DNA of 64,000 nucleotides from Mobula hypostoma (lineage: Eukaryota): the NCBI RefSeq assembly GCF_963921235.1, contig NC_086108.1, positions 50,408,001 through 50,472,000 of the forward strand. The letters run 5' to 3'. The notes beneath the pieces were generated by a model. That model did no database searches. It saw nothing but the letters and a program-made list of their open reading frames with translations, and was not told the origin of the DNA. A program made the position numbers and the translations under genes. Below, in pieces: positions 52,741-64,000 of the stretch (its first letter is position 1; each line of letters begins with the position of its first letter).

Positions 52741-53988
52741 TTTTTGAGGATGTAACTAGTAGAGTGGATAGGGGAGAAGCAGTGGATGTGGTATATTTGG
52801 ATTTTCAAAAGGCTTTTGACAAGGTCCCACACAGGAGATTAGTGTGCAAACTAAAAGCACACAGTATTGGGGGTAAGGTATTGGTGTGGGTGGAGAATTG
52901 GTTAGCAGACAGGAAGCAAAGAGTGGGAATAAACGGGACCTTTTCAGAATGGCAGGTGGTGACTGGTGGGGTACCGCAAGGCTCAGTGCTGGGACCCCAG
53001 TTGTTTACAATATATATTAATGACTTGGATGAGGGAATTAAATGCAGCATCTCCAAGTTTGCGGATGACACGAAGCTGGGTGGCAGTGTCAGCTGTGAGG
53101 AGGATGCTAAGAGGATGCAGGGTGACTTGGATAGGTTGGGTGAGTGGGCAAACTCATGGCAGATGCAATTTAATGTGGATAAATGTGAAGTTATCCACTT
53201 TGGTGGCAAAAATAGGAAAACAGATTATTATCTGAATGGTGGCCGATGAGGAAAAGGGGAGGTGCAACGAGACCTGGGTGTCCTTATACACCAGTCATTG
53301 AAAGTGGGCATGCAGGTACAGCAGGCGGTGAAAAAGGCGAATGGTATGCTGGCATTTATAGCGAGAGGATTCGAGTGCAGGAGCAGGGAGGTACTACTGC
53401 AGTTGTACAAGGCCTTGGTGAGACCACACCTGGAGTATTGTGTGCAGTTTTGGTCCCCTAATCTGAGGAAAGACATCTTTGCCATAGAGGGAGTACAAAG
53501 AAGGTTCACCAGATTGATTCCTGGGATGGCAGGTCTTTCATATGAAGAAAGACTGGATGTACTGAGCTTGTACTCGTTGGAATTTAGAAGATTGAGGGGG
53601 GATCTGATTGAAACGTATAAGATCCTAAAGGGATTGGACAGGCTAGATGCGGGAAGATTGTTCCCGATGTTGGGGAGGTCCAGAACGAGGGGTCACAGTT
53701 TGAGGATAGAGGGGAAGCCTTTTAGGACTGAGATTAGGAAAAACTTCTTCACACAGAGAGTGGTGAATCTGTGGAATTCTCTGCCACAGCAAACTGTTGA
53801 GGCTAGTTCATTGGCTATGTTTAAGAGGGAGTTAGATATGGCCCTTGTGGCTACAGGGGTCAGGGGGTATGGAGGGAAGGCTGGGTTCTGAGTTGGATGA
53901 TCAGCCATGATCATAATAAATGGCGGTGCAGGCTCAAAGGGCCGAATGGCCTACTCCTGCACCTATTTTCTATGTTTCTATGTTTCTA
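52741..53988 (+). mobile_element. Young 5'-truncated CR1 (RT C-terminal half), in tandem at the tail of the previous CR1
   Basis: ORFs 52764..53249 and 53262..53891 are nearly intact (YLDFQKAFDKVPH, GVPQGSVLGP, KFADDTK). (CTATGTTT)n tail. Confidence 0.95.
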
Positions 53989-54124
53989 TAATCTAACAAT
54001 TCAAATTTACGGGAAAGCAAGAGGCTGCAGTGACTCATCTTAGTACATCAATGGGCACATCCCAGCCCACATTTAGAACATTTACACAAGGCACTGCCAC
54101 AAATAGATAGGATCTGTCATCAAT

Positions 54125-54978
54125 GTGTCACCACCCACAGCTCCAATCTAATTAAATTTGCCAATGACACTACATTGATTGGCCTAATCTCAAACAATAA
54201 CGAGGTGGCCTGCAGGGAAGAAGTCATCTCTCTGTCACAGTGGTATCAAGAAGACAATCTCTCCCTCAACGTCGCAAAAACAAAGGAGCTGGTTGTGGAC
54301 TACAGGAGGAATGGAGACAGGCTAACCCCTATTGCCATCAATGGATCCAGGGTTAAGAGGGAGAACAGCTTTAACTTCCTCGGCATCCATATCACCGAGG
54401 ATCTCACGTGGTCTGTACACACCAGCTGTGTGGTGTAAAAGGCACAACACCGCCTCTTTCACCTCAGACCGTTGAAGAAGTTTGGTATGGGTCCCCAAAT
54501 CCTAAGAACTTTCTATAGGGGCACAACTGAGAATATCCTGATTGGCTGCATCACTGCCTGGTATGGGAACTTTACTTCCCTCAATCGCAGGACTCTGCAG
54601 AGAGTGGTGCGGACAGCCCAGCGCATCTGTAGTTGTGAACTTCCCATGATTCAGAACATTTACAAAGACAGGTGTGAAAAAAGGACCCAAAGGATCATTG
54701 GGGATCTGAGTCACCCCAACCACAATCTATTCCAGCAGCTACCATCTGGGAAACGGTACCACAGCATAAAAGCCAGGACCAAAAGGCTCCGGGACAGCAT
54801 CTTCCACCAGGCCATCAGACTGATTAACTCACACTGATTTGAGTGTATTTCTATGTTACATTGACTGTTCTATTTATTACAAATGACTATGATTGCACAT
54901 TTAGACGGAGATGTAACGTAAAGATTTTTACTCCTCATGTATTTGAAGGATGCAAGAAATAAAGTCAATTCAATTCAA
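54125..54978 (+). mobile_element. 5'-truncated Rex1/Babar-like LINE
   Basis: Peptides KTKELVVDYRR and LPSGKRYHSIKARTKRLRDSIFHQAIRL. (CAATT)n tail. Confidence 0.88.
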
Positions 54979-55389
54979 TGATTCCACCAGCTGGGCCACA
55001 CCTTCTTGCTACTACTAACTGGCAGGAATTACAGAAGCCTGAAGTCCAATGCCACCAGGTTCAGAAACAGCTACTTTCTCACACACATTGGGTTCTTGAA
55101 CCAACCTGCACAATCCTAATTCTACCTCAGCACTGGAACACTATTGACCTCCTGCTCTACCATGGACTTCTCTCTGATTTTTTAAAGCACTTGTTTTGCA
55201 GTCTTGTCTTCACTGTTGTATATAATTTATGCATAGCTTATGCTCTGTGTGTTGTCTGAATCTACATGCCGAAAGCAAGTTTCTCACTGTACCTGTACTT
55301 CACCAGATTAGTACATAACGCCAATAAATTTCACTTGACTAATAAATGACTACTAACTTAAATGCAGCCAGTGACCTCTTTTAAATCAG

Positions 55390-58300
55390 AAACACAAAAG
55401 ACTCTGCAGATACTGGAAATCCAGAGCAACACACAAAAAAAGCTGGAGGAACTCAGCAGGTTGGGTAACATCTATGGAAATGAAAAAACAGTCAGCATTT
55501 TGGACCCAGATGCATCTCCAGCCCAGGAAGAATGGGGCAAAATGCTAGATTAAAAAGATGGGGGGGAGGGGAAGGAGGACCAACTAGAAGGTGATAAGTG
55601 AAACCAGGTGGGTGGGTTGGAGAAGAAGGAATCTGATAGGAGAGGAGAGTGGATCATGGAGAAAGGGAAATAGGAGGACACCAGGGTAGGTAGAAGGCAG
55701 GTGAGGTGAAGAGGTAAGAAGCCAGGGTGAGGAATAGAAGATAGAAGGGGGAGGGGAAAAAATTACCCAAAGGAGAAATTGACATTCATGCCATCAGGTT
55801 GGAGGTTACCTAGTCGGAATACGAGGTGTTGCTCCTCCACCTGAGAGTGGCTCCATCGTGGTAAAAGAAGAGGCCATCAACCAACATGTCAGTACTGGAA
55901 TGGGGACAAGAATTAAAATGGATGGCCACCGGGAAATTCTGCTTTTGGTGGATGGAACAAAGGTGGGCAGTAAAGCAGCTCCCCAATGTACAATGTAGAG
56001 GAGGCCACCCTGGGAGTATTGGATACAATAGACAACCCCAACAGATTCGCAGGTGAGGTGTTGCCTCACCTGGAAGGACTGTTTAGGGCCTTGAATGGAG
56101 GTAATGGACAGGTGTAGCACTTTGGCCACTTGCGGGGATAAGTGCCAGGAAGGAGATAAGAGGGGAGGGAGAAATGGACAAGGGAATCACGGAGGAAACG
56201 ATCCCTAGTGGAAAGTAGAGTGTGAAGGGGAAGCAACACACACAAAATGCTGGAGGAACTCAGCAGGGCAGGCAGCACCTATGGAAAAAAAAGTACAGTC
56301 AACATTTCCAGACAAGACCCTTCGACAGGACTGGAGAAAAAAAGATAAGGATTAGATTTAAAAGTTGGGGGAGGGGAGAGAGAAACACAAGGTAATAGGT
56401 GAAACCGGAAGGGGGAGGGATAAAATAAATATCCGGGAAGTTGCAAACAACAGGAATTCTGCAGATGCTGGAAATTCAAGCAACACACATCAAAGTTGCT
56501 GGTGAACGCAGCAGGCCAGGCAGCATCTCTAGGAAGAGGTACAGTCGACGTTTCAGGTCGAGACCCTTCGTCAGGACTAACTGAAGGAAGAGTTAGTAAG
56601 AGATTTGAAAGTGGGAGGGGGAGGGGGAGATCCAAAATGATAGGAAATGATGGGAAGTGGAATTAAAATGGTTAGCCACTGGGAGAAGACAGGAGGGGGA
56701 GGGATGGAGCCAAGAGCTGGACAGGTGATTGGCAAAAGGGATACGAGAGGATCATGGGACAGGAGGTTCGGGAAGAAAGATGGGCAAGGGGTATATTCAG
56801 AGGGACAGAGGGAGAAAAAGGAGAGTGAGAGAAAGAATGTGTGTATATAAATAAATAATGGATGGGGTACGAGGGGGAGGTGGAGCATTAGCGGAAGTTG
56901 GAGAAGTTGATGTTCATGCCATCAGGTTGGAGGCTACCCAGATGGAATATAAGGTGTTGTTCCTCCAACCTGAGTGTGGCTTCATCTTTACAGTAGAGGA
57001 GGCCGTGGATAGACATGTCAGAATGGGAATGGGATGTGGAATTAAAATGTGTGGCCACTGGGAGATCCTGCTTTCTCTGGCAGACAGAGCGTAGGTGTTG
57101 ATTGGTGAAACAGATACAGGGCTGGAGATGGGGGAGTCTGATAGGTGGGGATAGAAGGCCATGGAAGAAAGAAAAGGGGGGGGGGTGAGCACCAGAGGGA
57201 GGTGACGAGCAGTCAAGGAGATAAGGTGAGAGAAGGAAAAAGGGGATGGGGAATGGTGAAGGAAAGGTGGGGAAGGAAGGGCCCATTACCAGAAGTTCAA
57301 GAAATCGAAGTTCATGCCACAAGTTGGAGGCTACCCAGACAGAATACAACGTGTTGATCCTCCATCCTGAGTGTGGCCTCATCGCGACAGTAGATAGGCC
57401 ATGTTTTGACAAATTGGAATGGGACTGGGAAGTGGAATTAAAATGGTTAGCCACTGGGAGACCCCGCTTCTTCTGGCGGATGGAGCGTAGGTGCTCAACG
57501 ACACTGTCTCCCAATCTACGTTGGGTTTCACTGACTTACAGGAGGCCACTTTCCCATTCTGATATCTCAATCCATGGCCTCCTCTATTGCCCCCCCCAAC
57601 CCTTTCCTTCACCATACCCCATCCTGTTTTTCCTTCTCTCACCTTATCTCTTTGCCTGTCCATCGCCTCCGTCTGGTGCTCCTCCCCCCTTTTCTTTCTT
57701 CCTTGACCTTCTATCCCCACCTATCAGACTCACCCTTCTCCAGACCTACATGTTTCATCAATCATCTTCCCAGCTATTTATTTCATCCCTCCTCCTCCCG
57801 GTTTCACTTATTACCTTGTATTTCTCTCTCCCCTCCCCCAGCTTTTAAATCTATTCCTCATCTTTTTCTCCAGTCCTGCCGAAGGGTCTCAGCCTGAAAT
57901 ATCGACTGTACTTTTTTCTATAGACATTGCCTGGTCTGCTGAGTTCTTCCAGCATTTTGTGTGTGTTGCTTGGATTTCCAGCATCTGCAGATTCTCTCTT
58001 GTGTACGAGGGGGAAGTTTGGTGTATGGTGGTAGGACCCCTTTGGAGATGATGGATGTTGCGGACGACGATGTTTTGGATGCAGAAGTTCATTGGATGGT
58101 AGGCAAGGACAAGAAAAACCATCAATGTTAAGGTGGCGGGAAAATGGGGTGAGCGTTCTTTGAAAGATATCTCTGATGTTTTGGAAAGGAAAACCTCATC
58201 CTGGGAATAGACGCAGTAGAGATGAAGGAACTGAGAAAAGGGAATAGCAATTTTACAGGAGACAGTGTGGGTAGAGATACAGTCAAGATAGCTGTGGGAA

Positions 58301-58830
58301 TCAGTAGGTTTATCTCCAGAGACAGAGACAAGGAGATCAAGAGAGGGGAGAGGGGTGTCAGAAATGGACCAAGTAAACTTAAGGACAGGGTGGAAGTTTG
58401 AGGCAAGGTTGATGAAATTGACGAGCTCAGCATAGGTGCATAAAGCAGCACCAATGCAGTCGTCAATGTAGTGAATGAAGAGTTGGGGAGTGTTAACAGG
58501 GAAGGCTTGAGACACAGATTGCTCTACATTGCCAATTAAAACGTAGGTATAACTCGAGTCCACGTGGGTGCCCATGACAACCCCTTGACTTTGGAGAAAG
58601 TGGGGGGAGTTGAAGGAGAAATTTTTGATGGTCAGGTCCAGTTCTGCCAGACAGAGGAGGGGAATTGTTGTTGAGAAAGAAGCAGAGGGCTTTAAGGTCT
58701 TCTTGACGGGGGATAGACATGTATAGGGACTGTACATCCATGGTAAAAAATTAGGCAGTCAGGGCCAGGGAACTGAAAGTTGTTGAGCAGATCAAGAGCA
58801 TGTGAACTATTGAGGATGCACAAATAAACT
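55390..58830 (-). mobile_element. Penelope-like retroelement (RT, GIY-YIG and terminal repeat) with nested younger PLE modules at ~56235-58005
   Basis: RT motifs MDVQSLYMSIP, NFSFN..FLQSQGVVMGT, YIDD. GIY-YIG motif TCESVGVVYCIQYSQGGLLYI. Imperfect GA(A/G)GGGGAAG duplication around the nested block. Confidence 0.9.
56542..56579 (-). ncRNA. Minimal type-I hammerhead ribozyme motif, best-preserved copy (GUC triplet)
   Basis: Minus strand reads TAGTC-CTGACGA-A-GGGT(CTCG)ACCT-GAAAC-GTC-GACTG. Stem I TAGTC/GACTG, palindromic ACGT at stem III. Confidence 0.78.
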
Positions 58831-59387
58831 CTTCTTGGACTTCCATCTGGATACAGGTATCATCATCACTGGTGGTTCAATGACAAACTCCACCATCTTC
58901 ATCAGAGCATATAGGTGGGAAGATTGAGAGCATATGATTGATCACTTCAAAAACTTGCAATTCCCTAGCTCTGACCACCTCATTTTCACTATGGATGTCT
59001 AACTGATAACAATCACATCTGATCATTTCATGCTACCCTCAAAATTTTCCATTAGATAGATCTGTTCTTAGACCCCTTTTAGAACAATGCCTTCAAGTTT
59101 ACATTTTTTCTTTTTCCTCCAACCAAATTATAACCTTCATTATGCTGAATGATTCAGTACCTGATTTCTCAGCACTGCATTTCATCTCAGCAAGTCATGG
59201 TTCACTATGCCTCAGGTATCTCAACTTAATCATAAAATAGGTTGCGTGAATTGAAATACGCAGTAATGCAGGGAATTGAATTTACTCAAGCCTTATGGAA
59301 GACTTGTATTTGAAAATCTCTTCAGCACATCAGCCTCTTAGGCTCTGGATTCAGACATCATGAAACAAAAAAATCTTCTCAACTTAC

Positions 59388-59610
59388 ATCTGGAATCAAC
59401 GTTTCACCAATGAGCATTCCAAACACATCAGTAAATGTGACAGGCTGTCCTGAGCTCTTCTTTTTCCACAGGGCCTCAACGTATCGTCTGACCTTCTGAG
59501 GAGTCAACAAGAACATTGGATTGTGGCTGACATTTTCCATCAGCTCTTTGTTGATTTCACCAGGTCCTTTTTTTGGAAAGTCCGGATGAGAATATAATGT
59601 TGACATGTAC
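59388..59610 (-). CDS. PLA2G4A: cPLA2-alpha exon (223 bp; YMSTLYSHPDFPKKGP...FGMLIGETLIPD)
   Basis: Lies within ORF 59379..59639. Acceptor atcag, donor gtaagt. Phase completes the Trp codon of the previous exon. Confidence 0.98.
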
Positions 59611-60468
59611 CTGATTGAAGGGGGAGATGTGGAAGACAATAATTTAAGAACTTTTTAGCACTTCCATGTTTTCCTTTATTTGCACTGGTATTCTCTACCT
59701 GACAACCAAGCCTTTCCAAAGAAAGAAAATTGAACACCAACACTTATTCCTCAATATCCAATAAGATGTACACAGCATGTCATGACAATTTTTGGCCTTG
59801 TGAAACTGCAGATTTTGGTATTAAACTGTGGAATTTTTAGTTGCCAAGTTAAATAATATGATTATATTTCATATCAAATCTGAAACAAGCGAAGGAGCAA
59901 AATTAAAATGCCCAATAAATATTCTGGGTTTCCAGCCATACCTAATGATAACACTTAAATATTGCTCCTTAGTCACCAGTCTTATGCTCTTTGGGAATAC
60001 TATCAGTACTTATGACACTCTTCCAAAAGAGTAAACTGCCAAAAGCTAACATAATATTTCAAGTTCATTCACAATCTTTGTATGGTTCCATGGACAACAG
60101 TAGAACCATTTCTCTTTGCATGTGACATTGGAAGTAACTTGGTATGTGTTCATCATGGTTGAATTCAACCGCAAAAACGTTACCAACATGAAAGACAGTA
60201 TTATGATAAGGCATCAGTCTTATCCCTCATCTTCGCTAGGGAATTAAAGCCAACAACATTGTTTTCTGTCAATGAATCTACCATGATCAGCTAACCTAGC
60301 ACAGGAGTGATCAAGCCTGGATACAATTTGACCAAAATATCCTTTAAAAAAACACACACACATACACAAAGGACACTTATTTAACTGGCCATTAAGAGAG
60401 ACTAAATAAATCTATCATGTTAGTTTTATTAAGGCTACCAAGAGAACGCCTCTTTGACTGGAACTTAC

Positions 60469-60605
60469 CAAGTAGAACCAGAGAGTCCTGCGATGTAAGT
60501 TGCACAGTCAAAGACTCCAGATTCCACCAATGCCTTCATTACACCAGAAAGCCCGACCATCGCTCTAAATCCTCCTCCAGAACCCAAAATAGCTATTGTT
60601 GGCAC
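60469..60605 (-). CDS. PLA2G4A: cPLA2-alpha exon (137 bp; VPTIAILGSGGGFRAMVGLSGVMKALVESGVFDCATYIAGLSGSTW), with the oxyanion GGGFR and nucleophile GLSGS motifs
   Basis: Manual translation. Acceptor ttcag, donor gtaagt. Contains the equivalents of Arg200 and Ser228. Confidence 0.98.
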
Positions 60606-61194
60606 CTGAAAAATAACCAAGAGTTTAGCATGGTGGCCTCTTAAGCTGTGGTTCCAGCGAGGCTGCCAGTTATGAGCCGCACATAGAATGGTATATTCCT
60701 ACTTTTTACCCAATGGATTGCTGACATATCTGACTTCAGTCTCCTGAGGCCTAATCACCAGTCGCGGATCATTCTACTTTACCGGATGACTGTGGCAGCC
60801 ATTCCTGCAGCCGAAGTAGACTGCAGGTCACTGACCATAGGGATCAGAGAGGACGGATATAAGGCCTGGTTTCAGTCCAGCATGATTTGGCCTAATGCTG
60901 CAGGGCACACAAACACAGCGATTTAAATAAAGATCACTTCAAGCCCTTTTGGCAAATGCATTATTGTTGATTTAGCTTTACTCGAGATTTGAGCTGGACT
61001 GACAGTGAAGGACATCTGTCATGGTAAACTCAATCTGTAATGGTTCATGTGAATGTTTCAGATATTCTGTTCCAAGTCATTGTAACTCATTTCCGGATTC
61101 TTATCACATCTGGACTATTTTGCAGTGTTGTAAAGTGGATAGGATGTACTCAACTAATGTTAGCCCAATTACTGAATTCTAATTTGCATTAAAC

Positions 61195-61273
61195 CAGGGG
61201 TATCCACCCTGGGGTCCACGGACTCCTTGCTAACGGCATTCGTCCAATGCAGAAAAAGGGTTGGGAACCCCTG
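61195..61273. mobile_element. 79-bp hAT-type MITE
   Basis: TIRs caggggtatccaccc / gggttgggaacccctg. 8-bp TSD CATTAAAC/CATTAAAT. Confidence 0.8.
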
Positions 61274-62212
61274 CATTAAATTATGTAACAGTTCCTGCCC
61301 GCATAATTTTAACATAACCGAAGTTAACCTACCCCTCCTCGACTGTACTGTGGGGCAGATAACTTAAAGACAGAAAAATACAAAGGCTATATGAAGATAA
61401 TAAGAGACAGCCCTTCACAGTCCCAAGGTGGAATTGGATATCATTTAAACTCGTTAAAGATATATTGGAATCATTGCAAAAGAAGAATCATCTTAGTTTT
61501 ATTCAGTAATTGAATCATGGTCACTTCACACAATTTTAACATTCTATAGGCTTATCTTTATAGGCCATTTGAACAAGGAGCAGCTGGGAAAAATATTAAT
61601 ACAACTTCAGGTCTGTTGGGACTGGGTTGGGGAAACAATCAAGCCAGATTATAAATGCCAAATAAGGCCTTTTGTTAGAAGTCTTGCCTTGGCCTCATGA
61701 GCCAGTTGGGTCCAGCCCCAGATGTGATCACATAATTCAGCTGATACTTCAATGAAATATTGAACCTTCAGAGGATCTTTGAGCAATTGTTTTGGGATAA
61801 TGAAACCAACTTTAACTTTTGTATTCAATGAGATTTAAATCAAAACCAGAATTTTAATTTGCACTAAACCAGGGCCTCTTGGGAGGCCAGAAATGATCCC
61901 AGAGTTCACTTGGAAGAGCAGGGAAAATCTCCTGTTGTCACGCCTAGTATTTATCCCACAACTGACAATAAAAGAAGAGCATTTGCTCTATTATTTCAAA
62001 TGCTGTTACATCACTTGCATGTCCATAGTAACAGCAGTTTAAAAAAGTAATTTCAGTTCCTGGGGTAGAAACAGGGAACAAGCTCCATTCACCATAAAGC
62101 ATATTGGAACAAAAAGTTTACTAACCTCATTTCCAGTTTGATAAAACACAATAAGTGCCAAATATTAGACTTGGTCCCCTAATACAAAGTCTTCAACAAG
62201 CTGACTGTTTAC

Positions 62213-62357
62213 CTCCCGGATTGATTGTGGTGCATTCATGGAATTCTTGGGGCCCAAGAGCTTCTTGATTCCCTCCATCACATTTTCCCTCCTCTTCTGC
62301 CTGAATGACTTCTCCTCATCACACAGTGCCATGCTAAATCGAAGATCAACTGAAGAA
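62213..62357 (-). CDS. PLA2G4A: cPLA2-alpha coding exon (145 bp; SSVDLRFSMALCDEEKSFRQKRRENVMEGIKKLLGPKNSMNAPQSIRE)
   Basis: Manual translation matches the human cPLA2a segment DLRFSMALCDQEK...KKLLGPKNS. Acceptor ttctag (62358-59), donor gtaaac (62212). Not in the ORF track in this frame. Confidence 0.96.
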
Positions 62358-62625
62358 CTAGAAGGAAATTGGGAGTGATTGCAATGAAATGTAATAGAAA
62401 ATATATTACAGTGTTAGTGGGAGTTTCAGCACAACCTTTTACCATATGGATAAAATCATAAGAATCAAACAAACTATGTTAAATTTTCACAGATGACAGA
62501 TGCATTTTTCATCAATTTTTTTTTCGTGAAAATAAATATACATCTCTTGGCCGCTAGAACATAGAAAAATAAGAGGTGAAGTTACTTATTTGCCTCCTCA
62601 ACTGATTCTTGGTCCTGATACCATA

Positions 62626-63461
62626 CAGTGGATTCCGGTGAATTAGGACAAATTGTGTCCTGTACCTTTTGTCCCAATTAAGCACCTACTCCAATTAGTT
62701 GACATTTCATGGAAATAGTTAAAAAGGTATGAAAATACAAGCTAATTTTAACTGAGTAACAAACTATGCATTTAAATGAAATATTAAACAAATTAGAACA
62801 CTATGAATACTACTACAATATTAGAAAATTGAGCTTTAGTTCCTAATAGTTATTGATGGAGGAAATCATCCAGTGTACGTGGCCATGATCTTTTGATCGA
62901 CTGAAAATGCAAAAAATCAGCGTACACACCTAATGCAGTCAATGGAATGCCTTCATACCATGTCTTTGATGATTGCATCTTCCAAATCTTCATTTTCATT
63001 GTAACATTCAAGATGATTGTCATACCTTCAAATTCTTCATGTTCCTAACTTACTGAGTTAGTGAAATCGCTAAATTTTCACTCTTAGCCATTTCTTGCAT
63101 CTCCAAGCCTGAATACTTGAATCCGCATTGAGCAAAACAATTCTGCATTGTCTTACAGCTTATTACTCGCCAAATATCAGTGACAAAAATCACTGATTTT
63201 TGAATGCAAACACAAGCAACTGACACTATTTAAAAAGTGTTCTCTCTAAGTACAGTGTAGTGTCTAATGACCACACAAATGCAGGTGACTAATGCTAGTT
63301 AGAAACTGTTTGGCAAATTTCCTGTCCCAATTAAGTTGCATAGTGTACCAAGTAAACAAAGTGAATCCCGACTATTTTCTCGATTAGTTTTTGTTCCTTA
63401 AGAGTTGTCTAAATTAGGCAGCTACCCTGATTTACCAATGACCTAATTAACCTGAATGCAA
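62626..63461. mobile_element. Tigger/pogo-like non-autonomous element inserted in a decayed CR1 3' end (CR1 ~62556-64000, minus strand)
   Basis: Left end TA|cagtggattccggtgaattagg, right end cctaattaacctgaatgca. Internal segments match 40397-41123 in reverse complement. Confidence 0.7.
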
Positions 63462-64000
63462 TACATTTCACTTCTCTCCCCATACCCTTTGATTTCTTTG
63501 CTGCCAAGAAATATATTTAGTGAGTTGTCTTCCACTGGTTTCTGTGATAGTTTCACAAGTTCACCTCAATCTACGTCAACAATTTTTTCCTCAACTCAGT
63601 CCTAAGTGTATCCTCACTCTGTAATCCTTTTCCTAAACCACAATGCCACCCCTGCTCCGCCAAGCCAGGGGAAACATCTTGTTGAGCCTCTAAACTTTGT
63701 TTATTAAAACCAAGTCAATCAATCTTTCCTCAAGCAATAGTTTGGCCATCCCAGGAATCAGTCTGGTGAACTGTCGATGCATTCCTTCCATGGGAAGTTT
63801 ATCCTTCCCTAGCTAAGGTGACTAAAACTACCCCAGGTCTGGCCTCAGCAATGCCCTGCGTAATTACAGAAAAACAATCCTTGCTCCTGCACTCAAAACC
63901 CCTTGCAATGAAGGCCATTATGTTCTCAACTGATTCTTGATGCCAAAAATGAGGAGTATTTTCAGCATTCCTGTTCTGCTGTCCTGGGGACGCATGCCAA

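Noticed and set aside
55488..55530. Ninth hammerhead copy
   Set aside because: It is at the expected position in the PLE terminus but too decayed, with no recognisable core.
9240..58005. CRISPR-like or prokaryotic repeat system from the recurring 38-mers
   Set aside because: The copies are dispersed, on both strands and inside retroelement termini. The context is eukaryotic intron, with no spacers or cas genes.
57889..58737. 282-aa ORF as an intact PLE reverse transcriptase
   Set aside because: It is chimeric: the N-terminal motif is in another frame, there are internal deletions, and the C-terminus runs into an inverted terminal repeat.
62358..64000. Next upstream PLA2G4A exon (short VTEM..LEV exon)
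   Set aside because: No matching translation was found. The region is Tigger-like and CR1 sequence, so the exon is presumably beyond the window.

Overview
Eukaryotic (vertebrate) genomic DNA. The repeat content (CR1-dominated, with Rex1/Babar, Penelope-derived and V-SINE-like elements) suggests a cartilaginous fish such as a ray or shark; this is inference only. The window holds ten consecutive minus-strand coding exons of cytosolic phospholipase A2-alpha (PLA2G4A), from the C2/catalytic linker to the ELLLAEKW exon, which runs off the left edge. All splice sites seen are GT-AG, the phases are compatible, and the catalytic Arg/Ser/Asp residues are intact. The introns contain CR1, Rex1/Babar and RTE LINEs, Penelope-like elements (PLE), a Tc1 IR/DR transposon, hAT and Tigger-like non-autonomous elements, and tRNA-SINEs, including a six-level nested insertion. 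The most interesting signals not shown by the ORF track are RNA-level. One is a 38-nt minimal type-I hammerhead ribozyme motif repeated about 8 times in PLE termini, with one core-intact copy on the host pre-mRNA strand. The other is a candidate HDV-like ribozyme fold at the 5' end of a full-length RTE LINE. Repeat boundaries without a stated TSD are approximate, and family names come from motif recognition rather than database searches.
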